Shown piece by piece: positions 19,728 to 29,477 of a stretch of 64,000 nt of DNA; position 1 is the first letter of the stretch; every line of letters starts with the position of its first letter. Source of the stretch: an uncultured Bacteroidaceae bacterium (GTDB taxonomy: Bacteria > Bacillota > Clostridia > Christensenellales > CAG-917); the NCBI GenBank assembly GCA_964637515.1, contig CAZWUI010000001.1, forward strand, positions 121,019 to 185,018, written 5' to 3'. A program made the position numbers and the translations under genes. Below the pieces are notes generated by a model. It was not told the DNA's origin. It ran no database searches and saw only the letters and a list, made by a program, of their open reading frames with translations.

Positions 19728-20426
19728 ATGAACTTCACCCATGTAAACGAAGAAACGATGACCGCATATTATCAATATATGCGGTCATTGTCCATTCAAG
19801 AGAAAATCGAATGGACGAAACGGATTGTAAACACTTCTATGCCTGTGTTGGCAATCCCCCTGCCCGAACTTCGCAAAATCGCAAAGTCGGTGCTTGCGGG
19901 GGACTGTGAAACGTTCCTTGAAAAAGTGGAATTTAGGTGCTATGAAGACACCGTCGTTTACGTTGCGACGCTTGGCGGAATATCCGATTTCGACGTCGTG
20001 AAAAAACACCTACCCAAAGTTTTGGCCGTTTGCGACAACTGGTCAACGACGGACTCTTTCCGTCCAAAAATCACAAAGACGGACACACAAGATTGGTGGA
20101 AATATTCGGGCGAACTCCTTGCCGGCGACAAACCTTTCGCAAGACGACTTGCAATCATAATAATGTTCTCTTTTGTCGAAACGGATAGTTTAAACGGCAT
20201 TTTCGACAGAATAAACTCTCTTTCTTGCGAAAATGAATACTACGTCAATATGGCAGCGGCGTGGCTTGTCGCAGAGTGTTTCATAAAACGCAGAGAGGAA
20301 ACTCTGTCCTTTTTCACCAATACCACCACAAACGATTTCATAGTGAATAAAGCGATTTGCAAGTGTCGGGACAGTTTCAGAGTAACCCCGGATGACAAAC
20401 AACTTCTTCTCTCTTTCAGAAGATAA
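19728..20426 (+). CDS. DNA alkylation repair protein (AlkD-like)
   Basis: PELRKIAK, DNWSTTD, YYVNMAAAW, NKAI.KCRDSFR. Confidence 0.85.
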   Translation: MNFTHVNEETMTAYYQYMRSLSIQEKIEWTKRIVNTSMPVLAIPLPELRKIAKSVLAGDCETFLEKVEFRCYEDTVVYVATLGGISDFDVVKKHLPKVLAVCDNWSTTDSFRPKITKTDTQDWWKYSGELLAGDKPFARRLAIIIMFSFVETDSLNGIFDRINSLSCENEYYVNMAAAWLVAECFIKRREETLSFFTNTTTNDFIVNKAICKCRDSFRVTPDDKQLLLSFRR

Positions 20427-20478
20427 TCTTTCCAAACACACTTTCAAATATGACAACAAACCGATAACAAAAGGCTAT

Positions 20479-20518
20479 AAAAAAGCACGCCACTCTCAAG
20501 GTGGCGTGCTTTGTTTTT
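20479..20518. terminator. Bidirectional terminator
   Basis: AAAGCACGCCAC-TCTCAAG-GTGGCGTGCTTT. Confidence 0.8.
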
Positions 20519-20523
20519 CTCTC

Positions 20524-20958
20524 TTATTTCCCGGTGCTACCGAAACCACCGCCGCCGCGTGCGGTGTCGTCAAGCGTATCGCTTTGTTCAAATTCCACTT
20601 GCACAAAAGGCGCTATCACCATTTGAGCAATTCTCTCACCGTAGGAAACAACCCTTTCTTCTTGAGATTGATTGTATAGCGCAACGATGACTTCTCCACG
20701 ATAGTCGCTATCCACAACTCCCACCTTGTTTGCGGGCGCAAGTCCTTTTTTCGAGGCAAGCCCGCTACGCGCATAGATGAGTCCCACATATCCGACAGGG
20801 ATTTCCATTGCGATACCCGTCGGGATAAACACCGTCTCCCCCGCGCCGATTTTCACGTCGCTCTCAACGCACGCATACAAATCCGCCCCTGCGGAAAACT
20901 CCGTCCCGTAAGTGGGCACGATTGCTCTATCACTCAATTTCTTAATTCTTGTTTTCAT
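20524..20958 (-). CDS. dut: dUTP diphosphatase
   Basis: AGADL, ARSGLA, GVVDSDYRGE, RIAQMV, RGGGGFGSTG; upstream TTGAAA-17-TATAAT. Confidence 0.97.
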   Translation of the reverse strand: MKTRIKKLSDRAIVPTYGTEFSAGADLYACVESDVKIGAGETVFIPTGIAMEIPVGYVGLIYARSGLASKKGLAPANKVGVVDSDYRGEVIVALYNQSQEERVVSYGERIAQMVIAPFVQVEFEQSDTLDDTARGGGGFGSTGK

Positions 20959-21062
20959 ATTTCACCTATCCCCATTATACAACACCTTCTCCCCCATTTC
21001 AAGCATAAAACGCAATAGCCGCAAAAGAGATGATTTCGATTGCTTATTTGTTTTGGCAAAAG

Positions 21063-21089
21063 AAAAACTCTCCTAAATGGAGAGTTTTT
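21063..21089 (-). terminator. Terminator of the ferredoxin gene
   Basis: AAAAACTCTCC-TAAAT-GGAGAGTTTTT. Confidence 0.75.
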
Positions 21090-21108
21090 GCTTGTATTTG
21101 GTTGATGC

Positions 21109-21279
21109 TTATTCTTCGCTGATTGCTCCGACGGGGCAGCCTTCTTCACATGCTCCGCAATCTACACATGCACCTGCGTCAATTACGTATTTGCCATCGC
21201 CTTCGCTGATTGCTCCGACGGGACATACGTCTGCGCACGCTCCGCACATTGCACATTCGTCACTGATAACTCTTGCCAT
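21109..21279 (-). CDS. 2[4Fe-4S] ferredoxin, 56 aa (absent from the ORF track)
   Basis: MARVISDECAMCGACADVCPVGAISEGDGKYVIDAGACVDCGACEEGCPVGAISEE; AAGGAG SD. Confidence 0.95.
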   Translation of the reverse strand: MARVISDECAMCGACADVCPVGAISEGDGKYVIDAGACVDCGACEEGCPVGAISEE

Positions 21280-21345
21280 TGTCATAATCTCCTTGTTTAT
21301 TTTCGTTTATACTATGATAGCACAAACGTTTCGGTTTGTATAGTA

Positions 21346-22305
21346 TTAAATTGATTTTGTTTCATCAAAAAATTCTTTAAGCAAGTTTACGTAGCGCGGA
21401 TTGTCGACATAGAAACAGGACACGTGCTCTGCACCGGGGAAAATCTCTTGGCGTTTGACATTGCTTCCGCAGGCTTCAAACATCTTATCCGACATGAATT
21501 TCGGCACGGTCGGATCGTTGTCGCCCTGAATGAACAAGAACGGACACTTCGCATTTTTGACTTTTTCAAGCGCACTGACCTTTCTGAAATCAAAACCGAG
21601 AATCAGTCTGCACCACAAACTTCCGAAGAAGAATATGGGTTTGCATGAGATATGCGGACAATGCTTTTTCGCCATCGCTTCGAACTCTTCTTCGGGAGAC
21701 GTGAATCCGCAGTCGAAAACCACGCCTTCCACGTCGTCGGGGTTTTCGCCCGCAACCATAGCGACAGTCGCTGCACCCATAGAAATGCCGAGAAGATAAA
21801 TCTTGTCGTAGCGCGGTTTCATAAGGTCGATCCAACCCTTTACGTCAATTCTGTCAAGGACTGAAAAACTGGTATATTTGCCTTCGCTTTCGCCGTGAGC
21901 GCGGTCGTCTACAAGGAGTGCATCAATGCCTATCTCGTCGAAAACAGGAATATAGGCGGCGCATTCTCTCATGGAGTGCGAAGTGAAACCGTGAACGCAT
22001 ATGATAAGGCGTTTTTCGGCGTTCTGTCCGCTCGTTTTGTAGAGTTTGCCTTTGAGAGTCAGTCCGTCGAAAGACTTGATTTCAAGGCATTTCGGGGAGA
22101 GTGTGCGAGCGTGGGCAATCGCTTTTCTGCGCTCTTCTTTGACGAATTTGCGCATTTCGGTTTCGTGTCGTCTTTCGCCTAGTTCGCTATACGGTTTGCG
22201 CTTGAAAATTCCAAGGAAAAACGCTAGTCCCGCAATAGCGAGCATAAGAAGTGCAAATACGACGACGCATGCAATAACGATAAGAATGATTTGATAGATT
22301 TCCAT
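21346..22305 (-). CDS. Membrane-anchored alpha/beta hydrolase
   Basis: N-terminal TM, VHGF, RAHGESEG, GISMG nucleophile elbow, D and H of the triad. Confidence 0.9.
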   Translation of the reverse strand: MEIYQIILIVIACVVVFALLMLAIAGLAFFLGIFKRKPYSELGERRHETEMRKFVKEERRKAIAHARTLSPKCLEIKSFDGLTLKGKLYKTSGQNAEKRLIICVHGFTSHSMRECAAYIPVFDEIGIDALLVDDRAHGESEGKYTSFSVLDRIDVKGWIDLMKPRYDKIYLLGISMGAATVAMVAGENPDDVEGVVFDCGFTSPEEEFEAMAKKHCPHISCKPIFFFGSLWCRLILGFDFRKVSALEKVKNAKCPFLFIQGDNDPTVPKFMSDKMFEACGSNVKRQEIFPGAEHVSCFYVDNPRYVNLLKEFFDETKSI

Positions 22306-22311
22306 AAAAAT

Positions 22312-22340
22312 ATATTACCACGACAAAATAATTGTGTAAA
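22312..22340 (-). promoter_or_regulatory. Leaderless sigma-A promoter
   Basis: TTTACA-17-TAATAT with TG extension, 6 nt before ATG 22305, no SD. Confidence 0.75.
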
Positions 22341-22383
22341 GGCAAAATTTGTAATATAATAGGCGCGGAAATACGGAGAAAGC

Positions 22384-23049
22384 ATGAAAAAAACTCTCAA
22401 AGAAAAACTCAAAGACGCTCTCACCCTGTTCGCTATCTTCTTCAAGATAGGTCTTTTCTCGTTTGGTGGCGGATACGCAATGTTCGTGCTTATCGAGAAA
22501 GAAGTGGTGGAAAAGCGCGGTTATCTCACTCACTCCGAGCTTATGGACGTTTTCGCAATTGCGGAAAGCACCCCGGGTGCAGTCGCAATCAACACCGCAA
22601 CTTTCGTAGGCACGAAACAAGCGGGAATATTCGGCGGAATTTTCACAACTCTCGGCGTGGTTTTGCCGTCTTTTCTCATCATATTCGCACTGTCTTTCGT
22701 CATCGACTTGGTCAAGGACAACTTCTGGGTGGTTTGCCTATTCAAAGGCGTGAGAGTCGGCGTATTGGTTTTGATTTCAAAGGCGGTCGCATCATTTTTC
22801 AGGGATATGCGCAAAGATTGGTATGACTTCGCATTCATGATAGGGGCGTTTTTGATAGCATTTCTCACCGACGTCAGCGTGGTGTATATCATTCTCGGCA
22901 CTATGCTTATCTGCATCATTGCGATAGCGCTCAAAAACCAACGCAAGAAAAAACTCGGCATAATCGACAATCCCGACGAATATCAAAGAAAACTCGTCGA
23001 AGAATATGAAAAACATCGCGCGGAAAGCGAAAAGGAGGGGAATAAATGA
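22384..23049 (+). CDS. chrA: Chromate transporter (short-chain ChrA, subunit 1)
   Basis: FFKIGLFSFGGG, AESTPG.VAIN.ATFVG. Confidence 0.9.
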   Translation: MKKTLKEKLKDALTLFAIFFKIGLFSFGGGYAMFVLIEKEVVEKRGYLTHSELMDVFAIAESTPGAVAINTATFVGTKQAGIFGGIFTTLGVVLPSFLIIFALSFVIDLVKDNFWVVCLFKGVRVGVLVLISKAVASFFRDMRKDWYDFAFMIGAFLIAFLTDVSVVYIILGTMLICIIAIALKNQRKKKLGIIDNPDEYQRKLVEEYEKHRAESEKEGNK

Positions 23050-23672
23050 CCTATCTTCTTCTCTTCTGGACGTTTTTCAAAATAGGCCTTTTCACCATAG
23101 GCGGCGGGCACGCAATGATACCTCTTATCATGCAAGACGTTGTCGCTCGCACGGAGTGGGGAATTTCGCAAGACATACTCCTTGACTTCATCGCAATTTC
23201 AGAAAGCACTCCTGGTCCTTTCGCAGTCAATATCGCAACCTACGTCGGCACGACGGTAGGCGACGGAATAGGCGGGATCGCAGGCTCTGTTCTCGGCGGA
23301 ATTTGCGCAACGCTCGGTGTGGTTTTGCCCTCCGTTATCATCATCGTTTTCATCGTGAAACTCTTCGCGAAACACATGCAAAAACCCGCTGTACAAGAGG
23401 TTTTCACGGGTGTGCGCTCCTCTGTTTCGGGACTTCTGTTGTCCGTATTCCTGACCCTCCTTTTGACCGTCCTTTTCGGCATAACTTCGGTGTGGGAAAG
23501 CGGAGTCGAAGTTGACTATATCGGAATAGGTTTGTTCGCATTTTTGATGGTGCTTGCAAATATCCGCTTCAAAACGAAGAGTCAAACCCCGAAAAAAATC
23601 AGTCCTATTATCATAATAATCATATCCGCCGCCTTGGGCGTTTTGCTCTACGGATTTATTCCAACGGTTTAA
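23046..23672 (+). CDS. chrA: Chromate transporter (short-chain ChrA, subunit 2)
   Basis: FFKIGLFTIGGG, SESTPGPFAVNIATYVG; ATGA overlap. Confidence 0.9.
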   Translation: MTYLLLFWTFFKIGLFTIGGGHAMIPLIMQDVVARTEWGISQDILLDFIAISESTPGPFAVNIATYVGTTVGDGIGGIAGSVLGGICATLGVVLPSVIIIVFIVKLFAKHMQKPAVQEVFTGVRSSVSGLLLSVFLTLLLTVLFGITSVWESGVEVDYIGIGLFAFLMVLANIRFKTKSQTPKKISPIIIIIISAALGVLLYGFIPTV

Positions 23673-23784
23673 CGACACATTCGACATATTTTGTATAATA
23701 AAATACAAAAGCGCCAGTCAATTCGGTTGCGCTTAAACTCTTATTGTTATATAATCGTGTCAAGAAAAAATTAGGGGGAGTCCT

Positions 23785-24543
23785 ATGCTCATTTTAGGTT
23801 GCGTAACCGTTTTGTTCCTTTGCGTATTCACGTTGGGCATTTATCTGATGCGCGGTCGTATTTTGATCGCAAATAGATTGCTGCTTCTTCTTTCCATACT
23901 CATACTTGTGGTGAAAGTCATTCAGTTTGTATACTACGGAGTTACGACCGGCGGTGGTCACTACCCCGTTGAATTTAGCACGCTTACCTGTATCGTTTTG
24001 CCCATAGTCGTGTTTGCGGACAAGAAGCACGTCGCCTATCCTTTCGTTGCGTATGCGGCGTTTATTTCGGGAGTTTTGTTCAACCTGTTCTTCTTCATCG
24101 GACAAGAAACTTTCATCTCGTTGCGCAGAAGTGAGTTGTGGCTCCTGCTCAACCTGCTCATCCACGACGCACTCTTCCTTTGCTCTCTCATCATGATGGG
24201 CAACTTCAAATTCGACAAAAAAATTGCGTGGCAACTGCCCCTTGGTGCTGCGGTATTCGTAGGTTGGGCATTCATCGCGAAGTATCTCATCGGCTACGAT
24301 AGCGAAATCTACACCGTCCGTCTTCTCGAAGGCACCATTTTCAACAACGTTTGGAATCCCGAAATCAACGTTTGGTCAACCACTCACCCCGATTGGTTGA
24401 CCTCTTCTGCGTATAAACCCGTCTACTACGTGTGCATGGCGCTCATCATTCTCATCTCGTTCTACGTGGTGTACGAACTCAACCGCTTCATCTACAAGTA
24501 CGACAGAGTGGACGAATACTATCTCGACAAGGAGGACTATTGA
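23785..24543 (+). CDS. Integral membrane protein (YwaF/TMEM164-like, tentative)
   Basis: About 7 hydrophobic segments, YPVEFS and a conserved-looking His; GGGGGAG SD; upstream TTGCGC-17-TATAAT. Confidence 0.7.
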   Translation: MLILGCVTVLFLCVFTLGIYLMRGRILIANRLLLLLSILILVVKVIQFVYYGVTTGGGHYPVEFSTLTCIVLPIVVFADKKHVAYPFVAYAAFISGVLFNLFFFIGQETFISLRRSELWLLLNLLIHDALFLCSLIMMGNFKFDKKIAWQLPLGAAVFVGWAFIAKYLIGYDSEIYTVRLLEGTIFNNVWNPEINVWSTTHPDWLTSSAYKPVYYVCMALIILISFYVVYELNRFIYKYDRVDEYYLDKEDY

Positions 24544-25556
24544 TGCATACCAGTGACAAAACGAAAGCATTTGAAGGCATCTTCGTATCCATACTTGTCA
24601 TAGCGATTTTCGCAACGTCTATCGCGATTTTCTCTCTCGCGGACAGGGACGTGGACCTTACAGTGCGTTCTTATACGTCCTTCCGGTCTCTCGGCGTCCG
24701 CCCCGACGAAGACGCTTTGACTTTCGACGAGATCCCAACCGACGCGAACGATCTCAAACAATTCGCATACGAACTGTATATGCTCGGCGGTACGAATGCT
24801 AAAAACGCCGCCGCTCTCGCCGCATACTGCACCTGCCAAATGAAAATGGACGTTATGAACATTCTCAACTACGTTGACATCGATGCGTCCATCATCAAAA
24901 CACAGGACGAATTTTTCCGTATCGACTACCGCCTTGAAAGAGATTTGCCCTTCAAAGAGAAGTTGGGCGTACTCGCAGACTCTCTCGATATGGTCTTGAC
25001 AGAGAGATTCTACACCAATACGGATATGGACTATCTCGCCTATCAAAAAGTGCAAAACTCCCATATCGACGAGAACGATTCTCCCTCGGCAGATTGGAGC
25101 GTAATTTCAAAGGAAGAACAACGCGAGGTCCCCGTTTACAATAGCACGCAGGACGGCATATTCGAAGTCATCGCATACACGTTGAGCGCAGACGCAATCT
25201 CGACCGTTTCAATCGAATACGTTGAAAGCGAAGACGGCAATTACTACTCCGTCAAACTCGTCTGCGATCCCTCCAACACCGCCCTCACCGAAAGAGTTAT
25301 CGGCTCTATTCGCGAAGGCTCAATGGACGATAACGCCTATTATTCCAAGATAGAATACGACTTTGAGCTCTGGGACAACGGCTATTTCAAGTCAATCAGA
25401 GTGGGTGAGCGTTGGGACGCACAAGCAATGGGTATGAAATTCCTTGGTTTTAGCACCGAATCCGTGTACAACTGGTCTTTCAGTTATGACGAAGCGGACG
25501 CATCCCCCGACGGATATAAAGACTGCGCCGCCGCCAAAGAAGCGATATTGGGCTGA
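24543..25556 (+). CDS. Hypothetical membrane-anchored acidic extracellular protein
   Basis: TGATG overlap, AAGGAGG SD, single N-terminal TM. Confidence 0.8.
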   Translation: MHTSDKTKAFEGIFVSILVIAIFATSIAIFSLADRDVDLTVRSYTSFRSLGVRPDEDALTFDEIPTDANDLKQFAYELYMLGGTNAKNAAALAAYCTCQMKMDVMNILNYVDIDASIIKTQDEFFRIDYRLERDLPFKEKLGVLADSLDMVLTERFYTNTDMDYLAYQKVQNSHIDENDSPSADWSVISKEEQREVPVYNSTQDGIFEVIAYTLSADAISTVSIEYVESEDGNYYSVKLVCDPSNTALTERVIGSIREGSMDDNAYYSKIEYDFELWDNGYFKSIRVGERWDAQAMGMKFLGFSTESVYNWSFSYDEADASPDGYKDCAAAKEAILG

Positions 25557-25571
25557 CAAAAACAACAATAC

Positions 25572-25599
25572 AAAAAGCGTGGCAACCGCCACGCTTTTT
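25572..25599 (+). terminator. Intrinsic terminator
   Basis: AAAAAGCGTGGC-AACC-GCCACGCTTTTT. Confidence 0.85.
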
Positions 25600-25620
25600 C
25601 TTTTTAATCACGCAACTTTT

Positions 25621-25663
25621 CTGTCATTTCGAGCGGAGCGTGGGAATCTCCGGGGACGGTGCC
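25621..25663 (+). repeat. REP-like repeat, copy 1
   Basis: CTGTCATTTCGAGCGGAGCGTGGGAATCTCCGGGGACGGTGCC; similar to 32447, 34857, 37495, 37557, 48124. Confidence 0.8.
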
Positions 25664-25923
25664 GCTTAAACTAAATAAAACCCTCTTCAATGTATGTGCG
25701 TATTCACTCACGCTCATAGCAAGTGCGAACATGTCTAGTCACAGTTCCCCCTTCCTCACGTGTTTCCACTTCGGGCTTTGCCAAGGGCAACCATCTCGTT
25801 CGCTTTGTGCATGCCGCTACGCGAAGACAGTGCGCGCAGTCGCTTGTACTTGTCCGTCAAGCTCGACACTCGGGGTTCTCGCCGCCGTTGCGGCTCGTGT
25901 TCCGTCTTCGAATGAGTAAGAAA

Positions 25924-26580
25924 CTAAATCCAGTTGATGTCTTTTTTGCCGGAGCCGAGTTCAAAGTGATATTTCGCAATGCCCAAATCCGTCTTCGTGT
26001 AAAAGCCCATTCCCGCCTTTGCGCCGACTTTGCCGTCGGAATAGGTGAACGTGAACTTTTGTTGATTCATTGCGGTGGGAGCGAGCAACGCACAATTTAC
26101 GCCGTTCACAAACCATGCGGGCGGATTTTGCGCTTCCATAACCTGATCAATGGATTTCGATCTGCGTTGTACCCCTTGAGTCGCTCCGTAACCGAGAGCG
26201 ATGACCACGTGCAATTTCTCTCCGCGCGCAACGGTGAACGCCGTCTTGACTTTCTTGTAGCTCATAGCAACCCAACAGGTATTGAGTCCGAGTGCTTGAG
26301 CGGTCAAAGCGATATGCTCGCCGTAGTAACCCGCCTTTTCTTCGTCTCCTTTCTTGCACACGAGAGCGACGTAGTTTTTCACTCCCGAAAACTTGCCGTA
26401 GTGTGCCATCATGGAATCGAACGCTTCAGGCTCGTCGAGTACGAGTTGGATATGCAATCCACCTTGTTTGTTGCATTCGTCAACAGCCGCTTGAAGTTGT
26501 GCTTTCACGTCTTCGGCAATGGGTTTGTCGAGATAACTTCTGACTGCGTGTCTTTCGATTGCTGCCTTTTGATAATCCAT
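25924..26580 (-). CDS. Nitroreductase-family protein
   Basis: RHAVRSY, AQALGLNTCWV, ALLAPTAMNQQKF, DLGIAKYHFE. Confidence 0.9.
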   Translation of the reverse strand: MDYQKAAIERHAVRSYLDKPIAEDVKAQLQAAVDECNKQGGLHIQLVLDEPEAFDSMMAHYGKFSGVKNYVALVCKKGDEEKAGYYGEHIALTAQALGLNTCWVAMSYKKVKTAFTVARGEKLHVVIALGYGATQGVQRRSKSIDQVMEAQNPPAWFVNGVNCALLAPTAMNQQKFTFTYSDGKVGAKAGMGFYTKTDLGIAKYHFELGSGKKDINWI

Positions 26581-26647
26581 ATCTATACCTCACAAATTTT
26601 ATTATCGTTCACAAGCGGCTCGTCACACCGCTAGATTGTTGTGTTCT

Positions 26648-26674
26648 AAAAAAAGCAGACTTTCATCTGCTTTT
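26648..26674 (-). terminator. Intrinsic terminator within the nitroreductase leader (candidate attenuator)
   Basis: Minus strand AAAAGCAGAT-GAAA-GTCTGCTTTTTTT, between promoter and CDS. Confidence 0.75.
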
Positions 26675-26803
26675 ATCATGCACGGAATTTGTTCACGAGA
26701 CAAAATAACGTTTTGATTTTCTCGTCCGTCAGGTTTACAAAGCTCTCTGATTTCGTCCTACCCGGAATAGTAGTCCATAACTCTCCCGATTAATACTATT
26801 AGG

Positions 26804-26832
26804 ATTATACCACCCCTATACGCCAAAGCCAA
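26804..26832 (-). promoter_or_regulatory. Sigma-A promoter
   Basis: TTGGCT-17-TATAAT with TG extension. Confidence 0.7.
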
Positions 26833-26879
26833 CGAACAATATAAAAATAATTCATTTTATTATTCTTTTAATCTTTCCC

Positions 26880-28691
26880 CTAAATCATCACGAAAACGAC
26901 GAATATCACGTTGACGACGATTGCAAGAAGCGTAGGGATGAGTTCGAGAAGTTTGTTTTGTTTCTTGCTCATAGGCGGAATTTCCGCGCTCATTTCTTCG
27001 TATTCTACGTACGCGCGCATATATTGTTCACGGGATAGTATCGCATAAGGATAACAAGATACCGCGCATGCGAGCGCAAACGAAATCATCGTAAATATCG
27101 CAAGATAAATCTGTCCCGCACCCCTATAAAGCACTGCGTAACTTGCCACGTTGAGAGTGGTGACAACCGCATAAATCAAGAAAGTAAGAGTGCCTGACTT
27201 TTTGAGGAATTTTGCAAGATTTTTCTCTTTTTCTTCTTCGGCAAGGAAGAGATTTTCGTTGCCTTTCGGTCTGATTTCTTCAAGGAATATCGCCGAAGTC
27301 TTGGATGCGTGCCTTGCGTATATCACGATGAGTGCGACGAGCGCAACCGACGACGCATAGTCGATATAAGAATAGAGCGCAAAGCCTTCTCTCACGCCGA
27401 ATACGAAATCAACACTGCTCGCATCCGTGAGAACAAGGCGGTAGAGTGCGCCGAATATACCCACCGAAAGCGTAGAAACTTTGTCGAGATATTCCGCAGT
27501 CGCACCCATTCTTCCGCCCACGGAAAACGCTATGTTACCCGCAAGCGAAAGCGCAACTTTGATGACCATAAGCCACACGCAGAAATAGGACAATCCAAGC
27601 AAAACGTACGCTTTCTTTTGGGAACTTTTCGGGGAGAGCAGCACTCTCTTCGACTCGTTGTACTTGGGGAGTTTGTCCACGTTTGAGATGAAGGAATACG
27701 CCTGCAAAACGAAAACGACGAAAGCACTCGTCCAAATCGATGACACGGAGGCGGTCGTAAATGCGTAGTATAAACTGCTCGCAAGATAGGCGCACGCAAG
27801 CACTGTCTGCAAGACAGAATGAATTACGGATACGGTGAGCGTATGACGGTCATATTCCCCGAAATGTTTGAAAGTGAAATAGGCATAGGACACCGACACG
27901 CCGAAGAATAAAACTTCAAGCACCGCATATCCAATCGTCCACGCAGACGCACCGCCCGACAAGACCGCACCGATGAATTTTGCACCGATACCCGCACCGA
28001 TAGACACACCGTTAATCGACAAAACAGGGGTATAAAACATCAATATTGCACTGATAAACCCCACGATTGAGTAAATCGGCAAATATGAAAGACGATAGTC
28101 CGTCGGCACGCGCAAGCGTTTCTTGCCCTTGGCAACGTCGGCGGGAGAAGTCAACTCGTCGTCTTCGAGAAGTTCGGACTCGCATTCGATATTGTCCCAA
28201 TTCACCCATTCGATTTCCTTTTCTGCGCCCTTCTTTTCGCGCGCGGTTTCGGGTTTTACGACTTCTTTTATTTGTTCTTCTTTGACTGCTTTTTCGACTT
28301 TCTTTTCGTCCGACTTATCGTCCTTAACTTCGTTGAGATCGACGTGAATTATGTTTGCGGTTACGCTCGTTTCCTTGCCGTGCGCAAGGACGGGAGTCTC
28401 CACTTTTTCCTTTCTTACGCCAAGATGAGGGGGTATGGCCTTTTCCTGTTTCAAGGACGCACCTTCCGTCTTCTCAAATTGAGGCGCACTGCTGTCAAGT
28501 TCCGCTATGATGACTTCGTCTTCCGAAAACAACTGTTCGGTGGGCATGCCGTACCCGCCGTAAAGCATGGTATCGTCCGCTTTTTGAATTTTGATTTTTA
28601 TGAGAGAGTGGCAAACGGGACAGGTAACCGAAGTCGCACCGTCCTCAAATCGAATAACGTTTCCACAAATAGGGCAAAGAACCTTCTTCAT
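26880..28691 (-). CDS. Polytopic membrane protein with N-terminal zinc ribbon
   Basis: CPICG..CPVC, charged linker, about 10 TM segments; GGAG SD; upstream TTGAAA-17-TAATAT. Confidence 0.8.
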   Translation of the reverse strand: MKKVLCPICGNVIRFEDGATSVTCPVCHSLIKIKIQKADDTMLYGGYGMPTEQLFSEDEVIIAELDSSAPQFEKTEGASLKQEKAIPPHLGVRKEKVETPVLAHGKETSVTANIIHVDLNEVKDDKSDEKKVEKAVKEEQIKEVVKPETAREKKGAEKEIEWVNWDNIECESELLEDDELTSPADVAKGKKRLRVPTDYRLSYLPIYSIVGFISAILMFYTPVLSINGVSIGAGIGAKFIGAVLSGGASAWTIGYAVLEVLFFGVSVSYAYFTFKHFGEYDRHTLTVSVIHSVLQTVLACAYLASSLYYAFTTASVSSIWTSAFVVFVLQAYSFISNVDKLPKYNESKRVLLSPKSSQKKAYVLLGLSYFCVWLMVIKVALSLAGNIAFSVGGRMGATAEYLDKVSTLSVGIFGALYRLVLTDASSVDFVFGVREGFALYSYIDYASSVALVALIVIYARHASKTSAIFLEEIRPKGNENLFLAEEEKEKNLAKFLKKSGTLTFLIYAVVTTLNVASYAVLYRGAGQIYLAIFTMISFALACAVSCYPYAILSREQYMRAYVEYEEMSAEIPPMSKKQNKLLELIPTLLAIVVNVIFVVFVMI

Positions 28692-28985
28692 ATCCGCTCC
28701 ACAAAGATAATTTGCTACAATATTATCATCCCCCGCAAAATTTTTCAATTAAAACGAAACACTTTTTTGCGCGCCACTACATTTAGTCCGTTGCACTTCT
28801 TGACGGCAGAACAAGAAATAAGGCGCTTTCGGTCGAACACAAAATTGCACCTTGCATTTTCCTCCCGACTTACACGAAGAAACTGTTTCTCTCCATTGAT
28901 AATTAGACGGTGAAAACGCAAAGCGCAATCGGGTATTTGAGTAGAGTCCGAAGGCGTCGTTTCTACGTGCTAACAGAGAGACGAC

Positions 28986-29420
28986 TCAACCTGAAATTGC
29001 GGATTTGAATTTGTCTTTTAGGGTGGATTTTTGGGAGTCGTTTAGGGTGTCGATATAAGCGGTGATTATGGTTTTACCTGTTGAAAAAAGTTGTTTGTCG
29101 GTCATTTTCGCTAGGTCGCTTGCGGTTTGCGGTATGCCGACGCGCGCGCCTAAATCTTGCAAAATCAGTACTGCGTTAAGTTTGTTTTCGTTCACGCCGT
29201 AATTTTCGCACATACGCGCTTTTCTTGCGGGGTTGATATTCGAGATGAACGTTTCACCCGCTATATCTTCTTCGTAAAACCGCACGACTTTCTCCCCTAC
29301 CATATCCGTAAGTGTGTATGCGTGGGCGGGCGCAGGGGTATAAAGCGACGAAAACGCCGCCGTAAAAAGCAAGAAAGATATAATAAATATAAATGGCATT
29401 TTGACGTATTTATTTTCCAT
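28986..29420 (-). CDS. Hypothetical secreted protein
   Basis: Signal peptide ending AHA; GGAGG SD. Confidence 0.7.
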   Translation of the reverse strand: MENKYVKMPFIFIISFLLFTAAFSSLYTPAPAHAYTLTDMVGEKVVRFYEEDIAGETFISNINPARKARMCENYGVNENKLNAVLILQDLGARVGIPQTASDLAKMTDKQLFSTGKTIITAYIDTLNDSQKSTLKDKFKSAISG

Positions 29421-29477
29421 ATTTCCTCCGCAGATATGTTGTGCAAAAAAAATACCGCTATTCTTGAAAATTTGGTA

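Noticed and set aside
21300-21314. 15-mer TTTTCGTTTATACTA shared with the uppP upstream region (about 56858)
   Set aside because: A few such matches are expected by chance in 64 kb, especially in AT-rich spacers.
25860-25900. Resemblance to SRP RNA or a group II intron domain V (CCGCAACGG...GAACCCC)
   Set aside because: Lacks the SRP TCAGG-GNRA-AGCAG core and the domain V consensus.
26650-26790. Guanidine-IV, PyrR site or hammerhead ribozyme in the nitroreductase leader; TAG read-through ORF
   Set aside because: Only partial motif matches with key nucleotides missing; nothing supports stop-codon recoding elsewhere in the window.
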